Assembly: GCA_022820835.1 (NCBI GenBank)
Contig: JAJEET010000039.1
Location: 702 to 64,701 of the forward strand
Source: Candidatus Poribacteria bacterium
GTDB lineage: Bacteria > Poribacteria > WGA-4E > WGA-3G
Length of the DNA: 64,000 nucleotides
Direction of reading: 5' to 3'
Shown: positions 1-9,921 of the stretch, piece by piece
How the letters are laid out: every line of letters begins with the position of its first letter
Position numbering within the stretch: the stretch's first letter is position 1
Translations under genes and position numbers: made by a program
The notes under the pieces: model-generated
Seen by the model: the letters and a program-made list of their open reading frames with translations, nothing else
What the model was told of the DNA's origin: nothing
Databases searched by the model: none

Positions 1-539
1 TAGTTATTTTCGGCACCTTCATCAATCCAATCAATGAAAAGTTGAACAGCGTCAGCATCTAATGGGGGTTGCCCGATCGGCATTTGCGGTGGTTGAGTGC
101 CGTCAAGGCGTTTGACAACAAGGCTGCCTTTCCCATTACCCGCGGCGAATGCGGCACCGCCGTTTCCGCCCTTCTTGAAGGTATCGTATTTGGTAAGGTC
201 AAGCCCTGCGGCAGCGGGGGCGGCGTGACACCCTGCAAAAGTACATCGCTCCGCGAGGATCGGTTGAATATCGTCTTTAAAAGAGACCTTCGGTTCTTCA
301 ACAATAGGTTCTTCAATGACCACTGCATCTACTGGTTCTTCGCCAACAGCAGGTGGTTGGGTTTCAGGCGTTGTCGTCGGTTGAACAATATCCGTCATAC
401 CGGTGGTGTCTTCGGTCGTGTCGCCTTCGTCGCCACAACTTGCGATGAAGACCGCAGTTAGTAAGATACCGATTGCCAAGATAGGCAAAAATAGACCCCG
501 TTCACATCGGTTAGAGAAACACGTAAAAGATAGATTCAT
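1..539 (-). CDS. Lipoprotein with planctomycete-type cytochrome-c-like (PSCyt1-like) domain; the 3' end runs off the window
   Basis: Absent from the ORF track because there is no stop inside the window. My reverse translation from the ATG at 537-539 is stop-free down to position 3. It reads MNLSFTCFSNRCERGLFLPILAIGILLTAVFIASC (lipobox IASC) ... DDIQPILAERCTFAGCHAAP ... KGGNGGAAF ... MPIGQPPLDADAVQLFIDWIDEGA. Confidence 0.6.
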   Translation of the reverse strand, partial: MNLSFTCFSNRCERGLFLPILAIGILLTAVFIASCGDEGDTTEDTTGMTDIVQPTTTPETQPPAVGEEPVDAVVIEEPIVEEPKVSFKDDIQPILAERCTFAGCHAAPAAAGLDLTKYDTFKKGGNGGAAFAAGNGKGSLVVKRLDGTQPPQMPIGQPPLDADAVQLFIDWIDEGAENN

Positions 540-686
540 GAAAATAAAATTCTCCTTTTTTGAGAATGTGTTTTTTCGCAAGCCCTTCGCTATTTTGTAT
601 TTAGCCATGAGGGTAGCATGTAATTTCGCAATCCAATTTATGAACCACTCCCCTATAGGATACCACCATACCCAGGAGAAGTCAAC

Positions 687-1631
687 ATGAAAATTTTGAT
701 TAACACCGATATTACACCTGAACAACAGCAGCAAATTGAATCGGTTTCTGACGAACTTTCGCTTGTGAGACCGAAGAATTCGGAAGATGCCATGCGTGAA
801 ATAGTAGACACTGACATTGTGTTCGGTGGGTTCAACCGTTCGCTCTTTGAAAAAGCGGAGCAGTTGAAATGGGTACAAGTGCTTTCGGCAGGGGTTGACG
901 GATTGCTGTTCCCTGAATTCGTTAGCAGCGATATTATTCTGACGAGCGCGAAAGGGTTTGTTGGACCGCATCTTGCGGATCAGGCGTGGGCATTGATCCT
1001 CGGACTCCTGCGAGGTATCGGACGCTCGGTACGCGAGCGGACGTGGGATAACCGGATGTCTATCCGACACGCGACATGGGAATTGAGCGACCGGACGCTC
1101 GGTATCGTTGGACTCGGCGGCACTGGGATTGATGTAGCACGTCGGGCACAAGGGTTCGATATGCGTGTTATCGCTGTTGACCCTGAAACAGTCGATGCAC
1201 CTTCATTTGTTCACGCTGTCTGGAAGATGGACCGATTCCACGACCTGCTTTCAGAATCAGATGTTGTCGTCATCTGTGCGCCACTGACACCCGAGACGCA
1301 CGGTATGTTCGACGATGTTGCGTTTGAAAAGATGCGATCACACGCGTTGTTAATCAACGTCACGCGTGGCAAGATTGTAGACGGGCCGGCACTGCTCCGC
1401 GCACTCACTTCAGACAGCATCGGCGGCGCGGGGTTGGATGTCACGCCTGAAGAGCCGCTACCTACCGATAGCCCGTTATGGGACCTGCCGAATGTGATTA
1501 TTACACCGCATGTCGCGGGGGGTTCACCGATTCGATTGGATCGGTCGGTTGGACTTTTCTGTGATAATTTAGAACGCCTTCTCGTCGGCAAACCGCTCCT
1601 CAGCGTGATTGATAAACAGAAAGGGTATTAG
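687..1631 (+). CDS. D-isomer-specific 2-hydroxyacid dehydrogenase family protein (NAD-binding)
   Basis: 314-aa ORF with the Rossmann motif GIVGLGGTGIDVA and the family motifs LLINVTRG and ITPHVAG. Confidence 0.85.
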   Translation: MKILINTDITPEQQQQIESVSDELSLVRPKNSEDAMREIVDTDIVFGGFNRSLFEKAEQLKWVQVLSAGVDGLLFPEFVSSDIILTSAKGFVGPHLADQAWALILGLLRGIGRSVRERTWDNRMSIRHATWELSDRTLGIVGLGGTGIDVARRAQGFDMRVIAVDPETVDAPSFVHAVWKMDRFHDLLSESDVVVICAPLTPETHGMFDDVAFEKMRSHALLINVTRGKIVDGPALLRALTSDSIGGAGLDVTPEEPLPTDSPLWDLPNVIITPHVAGGSPIRLDRSVGLFCDNLERLLVGKPLLSVIDKQKGY

Positions 1632-1653
1632 TTCCAGCGAACCGTTAGAGACA

Positions 1654-1674
1654 GGCGAGACAAGCAGTCTCGCC
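1654..1674. terminator. Hairpin between convergent genes (possible bidirectional terminator)
   Basis: Perfect 8-bp stem GGCGAGAC/GTCTCGCC with a 5-nt loop, in the 58-nt gap between convergent CDSs. No clear U-tract on either strand. Confidence 0.3.
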
Positions 1675-1689
1675 ATCTCTGTATCATGC

Positions 1690-2703
1690 TTAAGCGTTTA
1701 ACGCCGCGATTTTGACGAGTTGTTTCCCGATATTTCCACCTTTTAACATACTAATGAATGCGGCGGGCGCGCTCTCAATCCCACCTTCTTCGATCGTTTC
1801 GTGATATTTCAGTTTACCCTGTCGCAGCCATTCTGCCATTTGTACGAGTGCTTTCGGGTGCTGGTCAACGAAATCGAAGACAAGGAAGCCCTCAATCCTT
1901 GCGCGTTTGGTAATCATGTGCCAGAGGAAACGCGGTCCCATTTCTGGTTTCTCTAAGTTATATTGTGAGATCTGTCCGCAGATAACGACCCGTCCATTGA
2001 TTCTTAAATTGGGGAAAACAGCATCCGTAATCTCTCCACCGACGTTATCAAAATAGACATCGATACCGTCTGGGATCAGTTTCTGGAGTTCTGTGTGATA
2101 ATCGGTAACGCGTTTATAATTAAAAGCGGCATCAAATCCGAGTTCATCAACAATATAATCGACCTTTTCATCGGTTCCAGCGGAACCGACGACTCGGCAT
2201 CCTTTAATTTTGGCGATTTGTCCGACGACAGAACCGACAGCACCTGCGGCACCAGAAACGAATACGGTCTCTCGCTCTTGGAGTTTCCCAATTTCGAGTA
2301 AACCGAAGTAAGCCGTCAATCCGGGCATACCGAGGATTCCTGCGCCTGTTGAGATGGGTGCGATTGTCGGATCAATTTTTCGCACTTCATTCCCGGCAGC
2401 GACACCGTATTCCTGCCACCCGATATTCGCATTAACGATATCACCGATCTTAAAGTTCGGATGTTTTGATTCGATAACTTCGGCAATAACACCGCCTACC
2501 ATTACTTCATCGATTTCGACGTTGGCGGCATAAGATTTTGCTGCATTAATCCGCCCTCGCATGTACGGATCAACGGAGAGATAAATAGTTTTCAACAAGA
2601 CTTGATCGTTTTCTGGTGTTGGAATCGGGACTTCGATTAAATTGAAATCCGATTCTTTTGGATACCCTACTGGACGGGATGCCAGCGTAATTTGATGATT
2701 CAT
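1690..2703 (-). CDS. NADP-dependent oxidoreductase, zinc-free medium-chain dehydrogenase/reductase (YncB/CurA/PTGR1-like)
   Basis: 337-aa ORF with the nucleotide-binding stretch VSGAAGAVGSVVGQIAKIKGCRVVGSAG. N-terminal MDR fold motifs include LLKTIYLSVDPYMRG. Confidence 0.85.
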   Translation of the reverse strand: MNHQITLASRPVGYPKESDFNLIEVPIPTPENDQVLLKTIYLSVDPYMRGRINAAKSYAANVEIDEVMVGGVIAEVIESKHPNFKIGDIVNANIGWQEYGVAAGNEVRKIDPTIAPISTGAGILGMPGLTAYFGLLEIGKLQERETVFVSGAAGAVGSVVGQIAKIKGCRVVGSAGTDEKVDYIVDELGFDAAFNYKRVTDYHTELQKLIPDGIDVYFDNVGGEITDAVFPNLRINGRVVICGQISQYNLEKPEMGPRFLWHMITKRARIEGFLVFDFVDQHPKALVQMAEWLRQGKLKYHETIEEGGIESAPAAFISMLKGGNIGKQLVKIAALNA

Positions 2704-2752
2704 AGAACGACTCCTTAATGATGATTGACCGTCACTTACAAACCGCTGTCAA

Positions 2753-3478
2753 CTAACTCCTTTTATTGAATTCGACAGGATCTTCGCCGTGAATGACAAT
2801 GAGTTCATGTCTCGGCGCATCCCAATCGAAAACTTTAACAATTGGAAGGATAACCCGGACTGCCAATCCGATCCGTCGCTTATCGGATCGATTCGCTTCC
2901 GAGTGATGCAAGGTGCGTTCATTAAAGAGTACAAATTCGCCGGGTTGCATCTCTAAGTTGACAGCACTACTGGTATCAACGAATCCGAGGTCCCCCATTT
3001 GTCCGAATGCCATATCCGAGGTCGCTTTCACGTGCGGTATCACTTTTCGGTGTGAACCGGGGACGATCTGGAGGCAGCTATTTTCCAATGTCGCTGAATC
3101 GATGGCAATCCACGCTGAAATGATGATCGGTGGTTCGAGGGGCCAGTAGTTGAAATCTTGGTGCCATGGGATCTCTTTTGCCCCCGGTTCCTTAACGAAA
3201 AAATTCGTTCGCCAGAGCAGGAGATCTGGACCGTAGATAGATGCCATCCTGTTGACGATAGCCGGATGCGTGGCGAGATCGTGAATTATAGGAGAATCGA
3301 GATGCCGATTATGTACCCTATTTTTGTGGTCTGGGGCATCGGTCTCGAGGACCTTCTCGATTTCCGGTTGCATGTTGAGCATGTCCTTGGGATTGCAAAG
3401 CCTATAAGGGCCTAAGTAGCCATGTTCCCAAAACTGCTCTCGCTCCTCAGTGGTCAATATATGGTTTCCGTTTTGCAT
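2753..3478 (-). CDS. Phytanoyl-CoA dioxygenase (PhyH) family Fe(II)/2-oxoglutarate dioxygenase
   Basis: 241-aa ORF with N-terminal EQFWEHGYL, the WHQDFNYW metal-site motif and a distal HHSEAN. Confidence 0.8.
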   Translation of the reverse strand: MQNGNHILTTEEREQFWEHGYLGPYRLCNPKDMLNMQPEIEKVLETDAPDHKNRVHNRHLDSPIIHDLATHPAIVNRMASIYGPDLLLWRTNFFVKEPGAKEIPWHQDFNYWPLEPPIIISAWIAIDSATLENSCLQIVPGSHRKVIPHVKATSDMAFGQMGDLGFVDTSSAVNLEMQPGEFVLFNERTLHHSEANRSDKRRIGLAVRVILPIVKVFDWDAPRHELIVIHGEDPVEFNKRS

Positions 3479-3579
3479 GGTACAAATCCTTTCATAACTA
3501 TAAACTCGGACGATTCTTTGAGGTATTGAAGTTTCACATAAAACGGTTGGCGTTCCGTCCTCATCAACGATAGTGGAAA

Positions 3580-4611
3580 CTATTCTTGACAGACATGAAC
3601 TTTAATTGCGCCGGAGGATTTATCGGCAGAGACACGGAAGGCTTCGCTGATCTCTTCAAGCGGATAGTAGTGCGTCACCAGTTTCGTGGCATCAACTTTT
3701 CCGGAGTCTATCAACTCAATCGCCGCCTCAAAATCTGTTTCCATCCCACTATAACCGTAGCAGTTAGAACCTGTAATGAACGCCTCTGACCAGACGATAG
3801 TAGATAGGTTCACCTCAAGCGGTTTGTAGTATCCTGCGACGAGTACGACCGCTCCCTGCTTCCGCACAATAGTTGTGGCGGTGTTGAAGTTATCCGCGCC
3901 GCCGACGGTTTCGATCACTGCGTCAAATCCGACCCCATTTGTTACATCTTTGGCGTATTCTCGGACATCGGTATCTCCGATATTGACGATGTGATCTGCG
4001 CCGAGTGATGCTGCTAACGCCGCCTGTTGTTCGTATTTGACGGTAATCAGGGTTTCCTTAACGCCGGTTGATACAGCATCCGCTAAACAGAGCTGCCCGA
4101 TAGTTCCGCCCCCGATAATGGCAACTGTGTCTCTGGCGTTTGCCCGCGAACGCGCGACAGCGCGGTGTGAAACCGCAAGCGGTTCAACGAGCGCGCCTTG
4201 TTCAAACGTCATCCGTTTCGGTAATTTAAAGAGACCCGACTGGTGCGTTGACGTGAATTCAGAAAATCCACCGTGCATTTTCGGGGAGATCCAGGCTCTG
4301 TTGACGCAGAGGTTGTACTGACCCGTTTCACAATACTTGCAAGAACTGCAGTGCGAGAAACATTCTACTGCGACCTTATCCCCGATTTCAAAGCCTGTTA
4401 CACCATCGCCGAGGGCTACGACGACACCACATGTTTCATGTCCGGCGGCATGTTCATGCGATTGACCCCAATGTCCGAAATAACTGTGCAGATCACTTCC
4501 ACAAATGCCGGTCTGTTTGGTATCAATGAGTACAAAACCGGGGGGCGGTTCGTTGCGTTCCACTTCACGAATCGAAATTTGTTCAATACCTGTATAGATA
4601 GCAGCTTTCAT
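3580..4611 (-). CDS. Zinc-dependent alcohol/polyol dehydrogenase (sorbitol/threonine dehydrogenase-like MDR)
   Basis: Motifs GICGSDLH, GHETCGVV, a structural-Zn Cys cluster CSSCKYCETGQYNLC, and GGGTIGQL. I place the start at MKAAIYTG (ATG 4609-4611). The 102-aa upstream extension of ORF 3580..4917 is low-complexity and crosses a structured intergenic region. Confidence 0.85.
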   Translation of the reverse strand: MKAAIYTGIEQISIREVERNEPPPGFVLIDTKQTGICGSDLHSYFGHWGQSHEHAAGHETCGVVVALGDGVTGFEIGDKVAVECFSHCSSCKYCETGQYNLCVNRAWISPKMHGGFSEFTSTHQSGLFKLPKRMTFEQGALVEPLAVSHRAVARSRANARDTVAIIGGGTIGQLCLADAVSTGVKETLITVKYEQQAALAASLGADHIVNIGDTDVREYAKDVTNGVGFDAVIETVGGADNFNTATTIVRKQGAVVLVAGYYKPLEVNLSTIVWSEAFITGSNCYGYSGMETDFEAAIELIDSGKVDATKLVTHYYPLEEISEAFRVSADKSSGAIKVHVCQE

Positions 4612-4677
4612 CAAATTCTTCGGTGTGGAAACCCCGTTCTTTAGGACGGGGAGGAACACCGCTCCTTCCTTTTTTCT

Positions 4678-4706
4678 TTGACAAAATATGTCAAAAATGT
4701 TAGAAT
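4678..4706 (+). promoter_or_regulatory. Near-consensus sigma70-type promoter (TTGACA-N17-TAGAAT) with no obvious downstream CDS
   Basis: TTGACA at 4678-4683, a 17-nt spacer and TAGAAT at 4701-4706. The -35 is part of the palindrome TTGACAaaataTGTCAA. Confidence 0.4.
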
Positions 4707-5033
4707 GTTTTGTAAAGTTAGACGCTAAACACGCTAACTTTGCGGGAGATGGCGATATTTTTCGCATACCACACATCTCCAAGTAACTCGAGGACGTTAG
4801 AACGTTCGTTCTACTTCCGAAGTCGGAAGTGTCTGAGGTTCTGCATCGTGGGCTGCTTGAGCCCCTCGGGGGTATGCAGGTAAAGTTACGAACCATAGCC
4901 CGAGAAGCAAGCCTCACGCTTTAGTGTGAGGTGGCACTTGACGGCATTTCCCTTTTTGACAATCGGTGCTTCGGTAAGATTCAAGAACATCGGTCATGAT
5001 AAAGTTCTTAGCAGGTACGATATTTTCTCACTC

Positions 5034-5123
5034 AGAACTTACGCATTTCTCCATGATAATTTACCTATTACACACTGCAGGCGTGGTTTGAAACCCCGCC
5101 TGCAAAGGGGCTGCGTAAGTCCT
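5034..5123. repeat. Short element bounded by inverted repeats AGAACTTACGCA / TGCGTAAGTCCT (MITE/REP-like)
   Basis: The terminal inverted repeats enclose the hairpin CAGGCGTGGTTTGAAACCCCGCCTG. The element starts right after the stop of the acyl-CoA synthetase gene. A second family member lies at 12961-13112. Confidence 0.6.
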
Positions 5124-5124
5124 A

Positions 5125-6834
5125 TCACGATTTCTTTCGCGTAGAATTGCGTATTCGACTTTTTTCGACTGGGGGCTGGCTCCCCGTGAGTTGCATCAAA
5201 ATTGTGCGTTTATCGGATTTCCCGACGCTCGTCTTCGGAATTTCATCAACACAGATGAATTTATCTGGTATCCAGAATTTAGGAAATTCAGATATGAGTT
5301 GTTGTCTAAGGATATCCGAGAAGTTTTCGTCTGTCTGTTTTGTGCAGACAACGACGGCGACGGGTCGTTCACCCCACTTCTCATCGGGTATACCGACAAC
5401 CGCTGCTTCCTGTACGTAGGGGTGCTTTAGGAGCGCGGTTTCGAGTGCGATACTTGAAATAGATTCTCCGCCGCTTCGGATGAGCGACTTCGCGCGGTCA
5501 ACTATTTGGACGTAGCCTTCAGCGTCAATAGTTGCTATATCGCCTGTACGTAACCACCCGTCATTTGTAAAATGTTCGGGTGTGGGTTCAATTTTATAGT
5601 AGCCGTTCGCTGTCCATGGACTCCGCGTTTGGAGTTCCCCGATTGTCTCACCGTCCCACGGGAGTTCTTTGAAACCGTCAGTCGTTTCAGTTGCAAGGCG
5701 GAGTTCAACACCCGGTATAGGTCGTCCCTGTTTCGCTTTGATTCGCCATTTCTCGGTATCCGGTAAATTCTGATGTTTGGAACGCAGTTTTGAGAAGGTC
5801 CCGGTAGGCGACATCTCTGTCATCCCCCAGGCATGGCAGATTTCAACACCGAGTTCCTTCTCATACACCTCAATAAGAGCGGGTGGCATCGCTTCTCCGC
5901 CGACAATGACGCGTCGTAGGCTGGAGATGTCCGTTTTCCGTTTTCGCAATTCCGGGTGAGCCGCTGCCCAGACCGTCGGCACGCCAGCAGCGACGGTGAC
6001 ACCCGTATCGGCAATTAGGTTAGCAATAGAGGTGTATTTGGCACCCGGTAGCACGATATCTGCACCTGCGAACATACTCGCGTAAGGCAGTCCCCACGCC
6101 ATTGCGTGGAACATCGGGACGATCGGCAAGACGACATCCGCCTCTGTCAATCCGAAGACATCGGTTTGATTCGCTGCGAGGGTATGAAGATACATAGATC
6201 GGTGTGTGTAGAGAACGCCGCGCGGTTCTCCGTGCGTTCCGCTGGTATAGCACAACCCCATCGCCGAGTTTTCGTCTCGAATATCCCATGTATACGCAGA
6301 CTTCGCATCCGAAAGCAGTTCCTCGTAGGAGGTATCGGTATCCGCGGATTTTGGACCGAAGTAGACGGGCTGTAGAAAATCAATCTTATCCTGTAATGGC
6401 TGAAATTGCGCTACATACTCACTATCAACAAAGACGAGTTTGTCCTCTGCCTGACGCATAATTTGCGCTAACTGCGTCGGTGAGAGACGTACATTGAGCG
6501 GGTGTAGCACGGCACCGAGGCACGGGATGGCATAGTAGAGTTCCAAATGCTGGTAGGTGTTGGCGGCATACGTCGCGATTCTATCGCCACGCTGGACACC
6601 CAATTCGGTGAGCGCGTTAGCCAATCGTTTCACACGCTGATATAAAGTCGCATAGTTATAACGATGCAGGGTTCCGTTGGGCAGCAGTGTGGTAACGTGC
6701 TTATCCGCGTGTATACGGTGTGCGTGTTCCAATATCTGTGCAAGTGTTAACGGATAGTCCATCATCAAGCCATACATTTTTTGACGATTTGGTTCCTTCA
6801 TCAAAAATGGGTTTTCGTCACCTATCAAAGGCAA
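5125..6834 (-). CDS. Long/medium-chain fatty-acid--CoA ligase (AMP-dependent synthetase)
   Basis: AMP-binding motif YTSGTHGEPRGV, GWLRTGD and a C-terminal PKTSVGKSDKR. The start is uncertain: TTG at 6834, or an ATG at 6801 (MKEPN) or further in (MYGLMMDYPL). Confidence 0.85.
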   Translation of the reverse strand: MPLIGDENPFLMKEPNRQKMYGLMMDYPLTLAQILEHAHRIHADKHVTTLLPNGTLHRYNYATLYQRVKRLANALTELGVQRGDRIATYAANTYQHLELYYAIPCLGAVLHPLNVRLSPTQLAQIMRQAEDKLVFVDSEYVAQFQPLQDKIDFLQPVYFGPKSADTDTSYEELLSDAKSAYTWDIRDENSAMGLCYTSGTHGEPRGVLYTHRSMYLHTLAANQTDVFGLTEADVVLPIVPMFHAMAWGLPYASMFAGADIVLPGAKYTSIANLIADTGVTVAAGVPTVWAAAHPELRKRKTDISSLRRVIVGGEAMPPALIEVYEKELGVEICHAWGMTEMSPTGTFSKLRSKHQNLPDTEKWRIKAKQGRPIPGVELRLATETTDGFKELPWDGETIGELQTRSPWTANGYYKIEPTPEHFTNDGWLRTGDIATIDAEGYVQIVDRAKSLIRSGGESISSIALETALLKHPYVQEAAVVGIPDEKWGERPVAVVVCTKQTDENFSDILRQQLISEFPKFWIPDKFICVDEIPKTSVGKSDKRTILMQLTGSQPPVEKSRIRNSTRKKS

Positions 6835-7088
6835 TTTGGTAAAAAATATGAAATATAGGACAAAGATTCTACTGATGAGCGCAAGAATTGTCCAATTTCC
6901 CTCTATTTTAGCACAAAATCAGCGTTTTTTGTACAAAAAGCGACACCGGACGCTACTCCTGAACTTTAATTTGCATTTTTAAAAAAAAATAATGCATAAT
7001 TAAACATAGGATGCGGATAAAGTATTGGATTCATGGAAAACTACGCTCAATTCGTCCAATTTTCACGGTAACAAAGGGGGAAAATTAA

Positions 7089-9881
7089 ATGTCAATATCA
7101 GATCATGGAAGGTATTTCTGGTGCGTTATGGCGATCCTATTCAGTTTCGCGTTATTAATTCCGATGTCCGCCAGTGCTGAAGCACTCAAGGTCATCGTTC
7201 AAGATCAAAACGGGAACGCTATCCCAGAAGCAAAATTGCAAATCGGAAACCAAGAACAGACAACAGACGCAGACGGTGCTGCCACATTCGACGACGTATC
7301 CGGAGCGCAGTCGCTGACGGTGTTAGCAATCGGTTTTGCGAGCAAGCGGATTAACATCGCTGCGGGACAAACAGAAACGACAATCGTGCTCGCGCCTGTC
7401 CAAACCGTTGACGCGGTTGTGGTCGTCGGTACGCGTAGTATCGGGCGGCGCGTTTTACAAGCACCCGTCCCGATTGAAGTGGTTGACAGAGAGCAGCTCA
7501 GCATTACCGGTCAATCCGAAACGGGTCGTGTTCTTCAGATGTTGGTTCCGTCCTTTAACTTTTCGAGTTCAACGATTAGCGACGGTACAGATGCCTTACG
7601 TCCCGCAACACTACGCGGCTTAGGTCCCGATCAAACGTTAGTGCTTGTTAACGGCAAACGTCGCCACAAAAGTGCGTTGTTACACGTCAACACATCGGTC
7701 GGTCGTGGTACGGCTGGCACGGACTTCAATGCGATTCCATCATCGGCGATTGAACGGATTGAAGTGCTACGCGACGGAGCAGCAGCACAATACGGTTCTG
7801 ATGCCATTGCCGGTGTGATCAACATTGTGCTGAAAGATGATGTGGACACAGGCGATGCCGACATCTATTGGGGACAAACCTACGAAGGTGACGGCGATAC
7901 ATGGAACGCTAACGCGAACTACGGTATGAGAGTCGGTGAATCGGGATTCCTCAACCTGACGGCTGAATGGCGTGACAGATACCGCACAAACCGCGCAGGA
8001 CTCACAGGTGTCCGTCAATATGACTGGGTGGAGGAAGACCCCGGTAGACCAGCAGATAACACCCTCGAAATCGAAAACGATGACGGCACAGTGACCGCCA
8101 AACCTGTCTGGTTCGATGCTCGCGAATATACCTTTGAGCGTCAGAATTTCCGAATCGGGGATGCCGACTCGACGCAAAAAGTCGGGTTCTATAATTTCGG
8201 ACTCCCGCTCGCGGCAGGTTTAGAACTCTACTCTTTCGGCGGACACTCCTCACGCCAGAATAACAGTGCCGGCTTCTATCGCAGAGCCAATCAAGCAGAC
8301 CGAACCGTCACAGAGATCTATCCAGACGGATTCCTACCAGAGATTAACACCGACATCGGTGATACCGCTCTCGCTTTAGGGGTGGCGTGGACACACGAGG
8401 CGACTGACCTGAACGTTGATGTCAGCGTCAACCATGGACTGAACACGTTTGACTTTTTGATTTCCAACTCTCTGAACGCCTCTTACGGTCCGAGCAGCCC
8501 GACTTCAGCAGATGCGGGTGGCTTTGAACTCTCGCAGACAGCGTTCAACTTGGATGTTACTTATCCGTTGGACTATCAATCCTCGCTTATTAACCTTGCC
8601 GGTGGTGTCGAATTCCGCAGAGAAGGCTACGGCATCCATGCAGGAGAACCGCTTTCATGGATTAACGCTGGCCTCGGTGCAGATGGTGCCGCGGGCGGTA
8701 TCCAAGTCTTCCCCGGTTTCCGTCCGGACAACGAAGTGGACGAAAACCGAACCAATATCGCGGGGTACGCAGACTTTGAATCCTATCTCAGTGGACAACC
8801 GGGAAGTGGACTCCTCGTCGGCGCAGCGGTGCGTGGTGAGCAGTACAGCGACTTCGGTGCAACGGTCACAGGAAAAGCGACGGCGCGTTACGACCTGACG
8901 AAACAGGTTGCAGTGCGTGCTGCGGGTAGCACCGGTTTCCGTGCGCCTTCCTTGCAGCAGCTCTACTTCAATAATATTAGCACCCAATTCAAAGTAGATG
9001 CCGACGATATTGATGGTGACGGAAATACAGAGGAACTGGTCGCACTTGAAGTCGGCACGTTCCGCAACGACAGCGAAGCCGCACGTGCGCTCGGTATCCC
9101 TGAACTCAAAGAGGAGACCGCATTTAACGTTTCCGGTGGTTTCGTGTTGAAACCGCTTGAGAAGGCGTGGCTCACCGTAGATGGATTCCTCATTCAAATT
9201 GATGATCGTATTGTGCTGAGCGGAAGCTTCAGTGCGGATAGCGTCGCAGGCTTAGCCGCAGCGGGTGCAAGCAGCGCGCAGGTGTTCACGAACGTCGCAC
9301 AAACACGCACACAAGGTGTTGATGTCGCAGCGGGCTACCTGCTTGCTTTTGACAACGAATCTTTGCTTAATTTGCGTGCAGCATTTACGTGGGCGGATAC
9401 GGAAGTTATCGGTGATGTGAATGCGCCAGAAATCCTCATCGGACTCGAAGATACCCTTTTCCCTTCACAGGAACGCTCTATGATTGAGGAGTGGCAGCCG
9501 AATACTCGGATTAATCTCAGCGCGGATTATATTATCGGTGATCTGACTATCGGCGGTGCCTTGCGTTACTTCGGCAGCTACACCGTTCAAGAGGGGAGCG
9601 GCGAGGATCCAGCACGTCAGACGTATGGCGGAAAATGGCTCACTGACATTCAGGGGAATTACCAATTAAACGAAGGACTTTCGTTGACTATTGGTGCGAA
9701 CAACCTGCTCGATCAGTTGCCTGATCCGAACGAGATTGGGCAGTCCCGCGGTGGAACTTTAGAGGATAGCGCAGGTGATGTCATTGTTGATTCACCGGGT
9801 GTGTTCACCTATTCGAGAAGGTCTGCACCTTTCGGTTTCAACGGCGGACTTTACTACGCGAAGGTGTCCTATCGCTTTTAG
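7089..9881 (+). CDS. TonB-dependent receptor with N-terminal carboxypeptidase-regulatory-like domain
   Basis: Signal peptide ending in SASA, a CarboxypepD_reg-like segment (LKVIVQDQNGNAIPEAKLQI) and plug motifs (DALRPATLRGLGPDQTLVLVNGKR, IERIEVLRDGAAAQYGSDAIAGVINIVLK). The C-terminal beta-barrel ends in YYAKVSYRF. GGGGGA RBS upstream. Confidence 0.9.
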   Translation: MSISDHGRYFWCVMAILFSFALLIPMSASAEALKVIVQDQNGNAIPEAKLQIGNQEQTTDADGAATFDDVSGAQSLTVLAIGFASKRINIAAGQTETTIVLAPVQTVDAVVVVGTRSIGRRVLQAPVPIEVVDREQLSITGQSETGRVLQMLVPSFNFSSSTISDGTDALRPATLRGLGPDQTLVLVNGKRRHKSALLHVNTSVGRGTAGTDFNAIPSSAIERIEVLRDGAAAQYGSDAIAGVINIVLKDDVDTGDADIYWGQTYEGDGDTWNANANYGMRVGESGFLNLTAEWRDRYRTNRAGLTGVRQYDWVEEDPGRPADNTLEIENDDGTVTAKPVWFDAREYTFERQNFRIGDADSTQKVGFYNFGLPLAAGLELYSFGGHSSRQNNSAGFYRRANQADRTVTEIYPDGFLPEINTDIGDTALALGVAWTHEATDLNVDVSVNHGLNTFDFLISNSLNASYGPSSPTSADAGGFELSQTAFNLDVTYPLDYQSSLINLAGGVEFRREGYGIHAGEPLSWINAGLGADGAAGGIQVFPGFRPDNEVDENRTNIAGYADFESYLSGQPGSGLLVGAAVRGEQYSDFGATVTGKATARYDLTKQVAVRAAGSTGFRAPSLQQLYFNNISTQFKVDADDIDGDGNTEELVALEVGTFRNDSEAARALGIPELKEETAFNVSGGFVLKPLEKAWLTVDGFLIQIDDRIVLSGSFSADSVAGLAAAGASSAQVFTNVAQTRTQGVDVAAGYLLAFDNESLLNLRAAFTWADTEVIGDVNAPEILIGLEDTLFPSQERSMIEEWQPNTRINLSADYIIGDLTIGGALRYFGSYTVQEGSGEDPARQTYGGKWLTDIQGNYQLNEGLSLTIGANNLLDQLPDPNEIGQSRGGTLEDSAGDVIVDSPGVFTYSRRSAPFGFNGGLYYAKVSYRF

Positions 9882-9921
9882 GATGCTTCTATAAAATCGA
9901 ATGTGGATTCAGTATTAACGC

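Noticed and set aside
3580-4917. Long N-terminal ORF extensions in the track: 3580..4917, 10050.., 13953.., 35182.., 40983.., 43375..44550, 47176..48624, 48590..49474, 50438.., 52712.. and 61938..62861.
   Set aside because: The extensions are low-complexity, lack homology to family N-termini, overlap neighbouring genes or repeat elements, and have internal ATGs that align with the family start and often carry an RBS. The shorter coordinates were used.
4926-5144. 72-aa ORF on the + strand in the ADH/acyl-CoA synthetase gap.
   Set aside because: It runs through the AGAACTTACGCA repeat element and into the neighbouring gene. It has no RBS and no recognisable motif, so it is likely non-coding.
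6835-7088. Riboswitch (for example cobalamin) or Fur box upstream of the first TonB-dependent receptor.
   Set aside because: I could not find a B12-box-like core or a convincing 19-bp Fur palindrome. There is only an AT-rich imperfect palindrome, AATTTGCAT...ATGCATAATT (about 6970-7003). That is too weak to call without a covariance-model or PWM scan.
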